IMG/VR virus record: IMGVR_UViG_3300033153_003999
Coordinates: 1-63,536 of that record
DNA: 63,536 bases
Source of the DNA: a virus
Taxonomy: Duplodnaviria > Caudoviricetes
Strand: one strand, 5' to 3'
Both the position numbers and the translations under genes were made by a program. The notes under the pieces were generated by a model that searched no databases, was not told the DNA's origin, and was given only the letters and a program-made list of their open reading frames with translations. Positions within the stretch are counted from its first letter, which is position 1; every line of letters starts with the position of its first letter. Shown here piece by piece: positions 59,785 through 63,536 of this stretch.

Positions 59785-59890
59785 TGGACAGGGCAGGACT
59801 CGAACCTGCAAATGTCATGGTATCCGGGCGTATTCGCCCCATGCGGCTAGTGCACGACCCCGGAGCGTTTTCCAATTTCACCACCTGTCC
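59785..59890 (-). ncRNA. tRNA-like element (106 nt) with expanded anticodon/variable region
   Basis: Acceptor GGACAGG/CCTGTCC-A, Leu-type D arm GTGAAATTGGAAAAC, T arm GCAGG-TTCGAGT-CCTGC. Confidence 0.7.
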
Positions 59891-59995
59891 ATAAATAAAT
59901 ATCTTGCAAAGCAGCCTCCTGGCCTGAGATCCCGTCGTCTGTCTACGGGCAACCCAATATCTCTACTGGGAGCAGCCTCTAAGGAGGATTTTCAA

Positions 59996-60059
59996 TTACC
60001 TTTGACCGTTCAGGGTTCAGAGTTGAAAAATTGAGGTTTCAATTTTTAGCTTTGAACTT
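59996..60059 (-). repeat. nine degenerate ANNNTNA units (one is 8 nt)
   Basis: AAGTTCA AAGCTAA AAATTGA AACCTCA ATTTTTCA ACTCTGA ACCCTGA ACGGTCA AAGGTAA. Confidence 0.75.
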
Positions 60060-60073
60060 CTTACTCGGCCTAT

Positions 60074-60149
60074 TGGCTTTTCCAATGGGAATCGAACCCA
60101 CGACATTACGCCTAAACGCGTATGCTCTAACCAGCTGAGCTATGGAAAG
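60074..60149 (-). tRNA. atypical tRNA (76 nt, encoded CCA, 6-nt anticodon loop, C1xA72 mismatch); isotype undetermined
   Basis: CTTTCCA TA GCTC AGCTGGTTA GAGC A TACGC GTTTAG GCGTA ATGTC GTGGG TTCGATT CCCAT TGGAAAA G CCA. Confidence 0.85.
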
Positions 60150-60213
60150 GTGCAGGTAAGCGACCTGCGCGCACAAACATTATTCTCACTTCGCTAGACA
60201 AGATAAAACCTTT

Positions 60214-60753
60214 CTAAAATAGATAGTTGTCGATGCTGGTCGTAGCATTGGTCATGGACAGCATGCCATCCAGCTGACCCAAGGTCTCAACCATGTCCTC
60301 AACCTCACAAACGAGATCGCGCTCGTTAATGTTGATGATGACGTTTTCCGGGTTTTCCGTCTCTTTATCGGAGACAGGGGCACCTTTGTTGATTGCTTCC
60401 TGACGGATCTTGCGAATACTGTTCTGCATTCCGGTCAGGTTTGCCTGTACCCGTGGCGCAATGTCTCGGCGCCAGACAATCCACTCAGAAATTGAGCGAT
60501 CAACGCCGTTTATGGTGATCCTGTTGCTCTCGTTGGCGCGATTGATGGCGATCCGGAGTTTCAGGGCGCGGTCATTGAGGTCGTCCATGGCCTGACGTTC
60601 TCTTTTAATCTCGCCGGCCTGGCCGCCCTCTTTAATGAAGGGGTCGGAGAATTTTTCCTGGCGGTACAGGTGCTCGTTAACAAAGCTGGCCTTCTTTTTC
60701 AGCCGTTTGCCGATGGTTTTAATCTCGGCCAGAGCTTCAGTGATAGTGCTCAT
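60214..60753 (-). CDS. DIP1984-like coiled-coil protein
   Basis: TITEALAEIK.I.KRL..K; LR.AINRAN...I.ING...SISEWI..R; LDG.LS..NATT.I; GAGGAGAC RBS. Confidence 0.7.
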   Translation of the reverse strand: MSTITEALAEIKTIGKRLKKKASFVNEHLYRQEKFSDPFIKEGGQAGEIKRERQAMDDLNDRALKLRIAINRANESNRITINGVDRSISEWIVWRRDIAPRVQANLTGMQNSIRKIRQEAINKGAPVSDKETENPENVIININERDLVCEVEDMVETLGQLDGMLSMTNATTSIDNYLF

Positions 60754-60792
60754 GTCGTCTCCTCGGTTTTAGTTGAACTTTGATGGTTGTTG

Positions 60793-60821
60793 AGGTTAAA
60801 CTCCATCGCAGACAAATGCAA
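60793..60821 (-). promoter_or_regulatory. sigma70-type leftward promoter
   Basis: TTGCAT-17 bp-TAACCT on the minus strand, upstream of 60753. Confidence 0.6.
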
Positions 60822-60831
60822 GGGGATCTCG

Positions 60832-61107
60832 ATGCGAGGAAGAAGCAGGAACGCCGTCAAATTGGAGGCGATCTATAAACGTAATAGAAAGGTGCTTGTC
60901 GATGCCGTCAAGAAATTCCCGAGAGGGTGGGCTGGTCTGGCAGACGGTCTAAATACCTGCGGCTTTAAGGGTATAGGACGTGACAATTGTCACTCATGGA
61001 GCAAAACACAGGGTACGCCACTGGAATACCTGGAAATGGTCGAAGCCCTGCTCCGGATTCCGAGAGAGAAGCTGCGCCAAGACGTACCCTGGAGGCAGCA
61101 CCCTTAA
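60832..61107 (+). CDS. Cro/YdaS-like HTH regulator
   Basis: First rightward gene; G.AGLA..L...W....P....VE....IPREKLR.D. Confidence 0.55.
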   Translation: MRGRSRNAVKLEAIYKRNRKVLVDAVKKFPRGWAGLADGLNTCGFKGIGRDNCHSWSKTQGTPLEYLEMVEALLRIPREKLRQDVPWRQHP

Positions 61108-61919
61108 TGTATGGGAAGGTATTTGAAACTATCTATGAATCCACGGTAGCTGATGACTGGCGGTCGTTAATCACCATGATTCAGTTGATTGTTCTGGCCG
61201 ATCACCGTGGCGAGGTGCATCACAGTATACGTGGCCTGCACCGGATCACCGGGATTCCACTTGAGCACCTCAAGGCCGGCATTGAAATGCTTGAGTCACC
61301 AGATCCCGAGAGCCAATCAAAAACAGAGGAAGGTAGGCGAATTATCAGGTTCCCAGAGGTTGATGGTCGTCAACCCGTAGGCTGGAAGCTCGTCAATTAT
61401 GAGTATTACCGAGACCTGGGCTCACGATACGAAAACAAGGAAAAGGCAGCGGCCAGACAAAGAAGGAAAAGAATCAGAGATGGTGACAAGTCACAGAAAA
61501 ACACAAATAAGCGTGACACGTCACAAGCTGTCACGGACAGTCACGCATGTCACGGTGATACAGATACAGATACAGATTTTAATAATATATGGGTTCATTA
61601 CCCAAAAAGGGCAGGATCAAATCCGAAGAAACGAGCCCGTAAAGCGTTTAGCGCCAGAATTACAGAGGGCTCCACTTTTGATGGAATCTCACAGGGAGTA
61701 GACCGTTACTATGCCTACTGTGAAGCTACGGGAAAACTCAACACCGAGTACGTCATGCAGGCCGTTACTTTTTTTGGGCCTGAACACCATTATGCGAACA
61801 AATGGGAGTTACCCAATGAAACACGCGGGAAACTATCTGCCCCAGAAAGGGTTGAAGCAGCAATCCGGAGGAGAGATGGGGAAAAACCAATCGAAGGAGA
61901 GTTTGGGCCAGATAACTGA
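61107..61919 (+). CDS. replication initiator (O-like)
   Basis: YGKVF..IYEST, GW.LVNYEYYR, DTDTDTD linker, F..W..YPKR, YV.QA.TFFG. Confidence 0.8.
   Translation: MYGKVFETIYESTVADDWRSLITMIQLIVLADHRGEVHHSIRGLHRITGIPLEHLKAGIEMLESPDPESQSKTEEGRRIIRFPEVDGRQPVGWKLVNYEYYRDLGSRYENKEKAAARQRRKRIRDGDKSQKNTNKRDTSQAVTDSHACHGDTDTDTDFNNIWVHYPKRAGSNPKKRARKAFSARITEGSTFDGISQGVDRYYAYCEATGKLNTEYVMQAVTFFGPEHHYANKWELPNETRGKLSAPERVEAAIRRRDGEKPIEGEFGPDN
61483..61577. repeat. putative replication origin iterons within the initiator gene
   Basis: GTCAC at 61490, 61520, 61530, 61540 and 61549; inverted GTGAC at 61483 and 61513; (GATACA)3. Confidence 0.6.
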
Positions 61920-62412
61920 GAAACATATCGACGAGCTGTGGCGCAAGATGACCAAGATGTACGGCGCCACGTTCACCAACCAGTACGGTGAGATCGATGA
62001 CGGTACTTGGTTGCGGGCGCTGAAAAACCTGACGCCACAGGAGTTGGGTATAGGGCTCGATAAATGTTTGGACAGGGACAGCGAATTTCCTCCTGGACTG
62101 GGAGTTTTTCGCCGGCTCTGCCGACCAAAGCAGTATTCGTACCACCAGATTTATCGGGCACTGCCGAGTCCGCCGCCAGATATTGAAATGGGATCCGCGG
62201 CGCTGACCGAGATACGAAACATTCTTAAACGAGGAGACGTTTATGAAAAAGGCAAAAAAGAAGCTATCGAACCGGGAAGCGATCCGGCGACTGATGATGT
62301 CGGGCAAGTGGTGGACGATTCCACAACTGCGGGCGACGCTGAAGCTCAGGCACCGCCTGCGTCCGATGGAGACCACAGTCTCGGCCAAGATCCGGGATCT
62401 CAGGAAGAGTGA
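61876..62412 (+). CDS. replication protein P-like (helicase loader)
   Basis: LWRKMTKMYG..FT.QYG...W...L..LT..ELG.GL..C....FPP.L..F..LC. Confidence 0.65.
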   Translation: MGKNQSKESLGQITEKHIDELWRKMTKMYGATFTNQYGEIDDGTWLRALKNLTPQELGIGLDKCLDRDSEFPPGLGVFRRLCRPKQYSYHQIYRALPSPPPDIEMGSAALTEIRNILKRGDVYEKGKKEAIEPGSDPATDDVGQVVDDSTTAGDAEAQAPPASDGDHSLGQDPGSQEE

Positions 62413-62485
62413 GTACGGCGGCTACAACATCAAACGCCAGTCTGTGCCCGGTAGCAAGTTGCGTCGTTACAGGATGGTGTCGTAA
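62243..62485 (+). CDS. small winged-helix DNA-binding protein
   Basis: GAGGAGAC RBS; SAKIRDLRK..YGG..I.R. Confidence 0.7.
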   Translation: MKKAKKKLSNREAIRRLMMSGKWWTIPQLRATLKLRHRLRPMETTVSAKIRDLRKSEYGGYNIKRQSVPGSKLRRYRMVS

Positions 62486-62919
62486 TGGCTGATAAATCAA
62501 AAATTGAATGGACTGAGGCCACAAAGTGGTGCACAGCCTGTAAAACTGAGCATCCCGTTTCAAAGTTCGGCAAAGATATATCTCGCGGCGATGGGTTAGC
62601 TGCTTGTTGTCTCGCTTCCCGTAGAGTGAAGGTACGCAAACCGCAACTCGGTAGCTTAGGTCGCAGAAAATGGCTTGTTCCTACTCGCGATGGAGATAAA
62701 AAACAGGCTCGTAGACGGGTCAATTACCTTGTTGAGCAAGGAAGAATTCCGCGTCCAGATGATCTGCCGTGCATGGATTGTCTTGATGAAGTTTATGTCA
62801 ACCAATACCGGCATGAATACGATCACGCCAAAGGATATGACGGTGAGAATCAGCTTTATGTAGAAGCTGTTTGCTCTCGTTGCCACCACAACCGAGAGGA
62901 CGCACGCCATGCCGGGTAA
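62485..62919 (+). CDS. HNH-like endonuclease fused to the first 13 codons of the DUF5131 gene
   Basis: [13 protein letters not shown] then KWCTACK..CMDC..HEYDH...VEAVCSRCH. Confidence 0.8.
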   Translation: MADKSKIEWTEATKWCTACKTEHPVSKFGKDISRGDGLAACCLASRRVKVRKPQLGSLGRRKWLVPTRDGDKKQARRRVNYLVEQGRIPRPDDLPCMDCLDEVYVNQYRHEYDHAKGYDGENQLYVEAVCSRCHHNREDARHAG

Positions 62920-63536
62920 AACAAAGATTGAATGGGCTACCGATTCATGGAATCCGATTACCGGCTGCTCAAAAGTTAGTCAAGGCTGCAAGCACTGTTA
63001 CGCCGAACGTGACTGGGCGCGACTGTCTGCGAATCCGAAAACAGTTTACTACGGTCGCAAGTTTACCGACGTGCAGTGTCACCCAGAGCGACTAGATCAA
63101 CCACTACGCTGGAAGAAACCGCGCCGGATCTTCGTAAACAGCATGAGTGATCTGTTTCACGAGGATGTGCCGGATGATTTTATCCAAGAAGTGTTTGCTG
63201 TTATGGCATTAGCAAACAATCACGTATTCCAAGTCCTCACTAAGCGGCCAGGGCGCATGCGTGATTTCATGGCAAATTTGATGAACAGCGCGATGGCCGA
63301 GGGTATGGCGCAACGCCGGTACTTCGAGAAAACCGGGGAAGATCCGTCGATGTGGCTGGCAGTAAATTTCCCTCTTCCTAACGTCTGGCTCGGCGTATCT
63401 GTTGAAGACCAGGAGACCGCAGACGAACGTATCCCGCTGTTACTACAAACACCAGCTGCCGTGCGGTGGTTAAGCATGGAGCCATTACTGGGGCCGGTTA
63501 ATATCTGTCCTAAATGCTTGGGTAAAATGCCGAAAA
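62909..63536 (+). CDS. DUF5131 (Gp37/Gp68) protein, 5' part; continues at 625-1013 in the circle
   Basis: MPGKTKIEWATDSWNPITGCSKVSQGCKHCYA; open to the window end; GAGAGG RBS. Confidence 0.9.
   Translation, partial: MPGKTKIEWATDSWNPITGCSKVSQGCKHCYAERDWARLSANPKTVYYGRKFTDVQCHPERLDQPLRWKKPRRIFVNSMSDLFHEDVPDDFIQEVFAVMALANNHVFQVLTKRPGRMRDFMANLMNSAMAEGMAQRRYFEKTGEDPSMWLAVNFPLPNVWLGVSVEDQETADERIPLLLQTPAAVRWLSMEPLLGPVNICPKCLGKMPK

Larger units (their letters stand above)
59900..60205 (-). ncRNA. putative structured ncRNA enclosing a tRNA and a 7-nt-periodic array
   Basis: Terminal helix TATCTTG/CAAGATA, inner GGCCGAG/CTCAGGCC, several hairpins; no credible ORF. Confidence 0.65.

Noticed and set aside
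59696-60034. 112-aa plus-strand ORF over the RNA cluster
   Set aside because: Antisense to the operon, no RBS, and overlaps the tRNA-like element
59996-60059. CRISPR or mini-CRISPR array
   Set aside because: Units are 7 nt with no 25-40 nt repeats or spacers; no cas genes
60074-60149. Ochre suppressor implying stop-codon recoding
   Set aside because: Genes end normally at TAA/TAG/TGA with high coding density, and the anticodon loop is non-canonical
1-63536. Diversity-generating retroelement (two similar DUF5131 copies as template and variable repeats)
   Set aside because: No reverse transcriptase was found, and the differences are not adenine-specific; the copies are alleles

Overview
Near-complete genome of a tailed dsDNA phage, probably podovirus-like: it has ejection proteins and no tape measure or sheath. 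Overlapping spanins point to a Gram-negative host. Bases 576-63536 close into a ~62.9 kb circle through a 49-bp terminal repeat, while 1-575 is an alternative, HNH-free allele of the DUF5131 gene appended by assembly. Gene order: lambdoid nin-like region (ASCH-like, MazG-like, Ref, NinB, RusA, YopX, Q); a small leftward cluster; terminases and portal; an acidic structural block with a SPOUT methyltransferase; scaffold; a major capsid gene split by a group I intron carrying a LAGLIDADG endonuclease; adaptors, tail and lysis genes; ejection proteins, including a 4089-aa polyvalent DarB-like protein (GGDEF-like, InPase-like, adenine methyltransferase, SNF2 helicase); a leftward recombination operon (exonuclease, HerA-like ATPase, RecT); and an O/P-like replication module. 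No integrase, CI-like repressor or DNA polymerase was recognised. The most unusual elements are: (i) a DIP1984-like coiled-coil gene followed by a closed ~306-nt structured RNA containing an aberrant tRNA and a 7-nt-periodic array, plus a second tRNA-like element; (ii) an intact HNH endonuclease nested antisense inside the open giant ORF; (iii) a second gene overprinted in the +1 frame of the same ORF. Family names come from motif recognition only; no searches were run.
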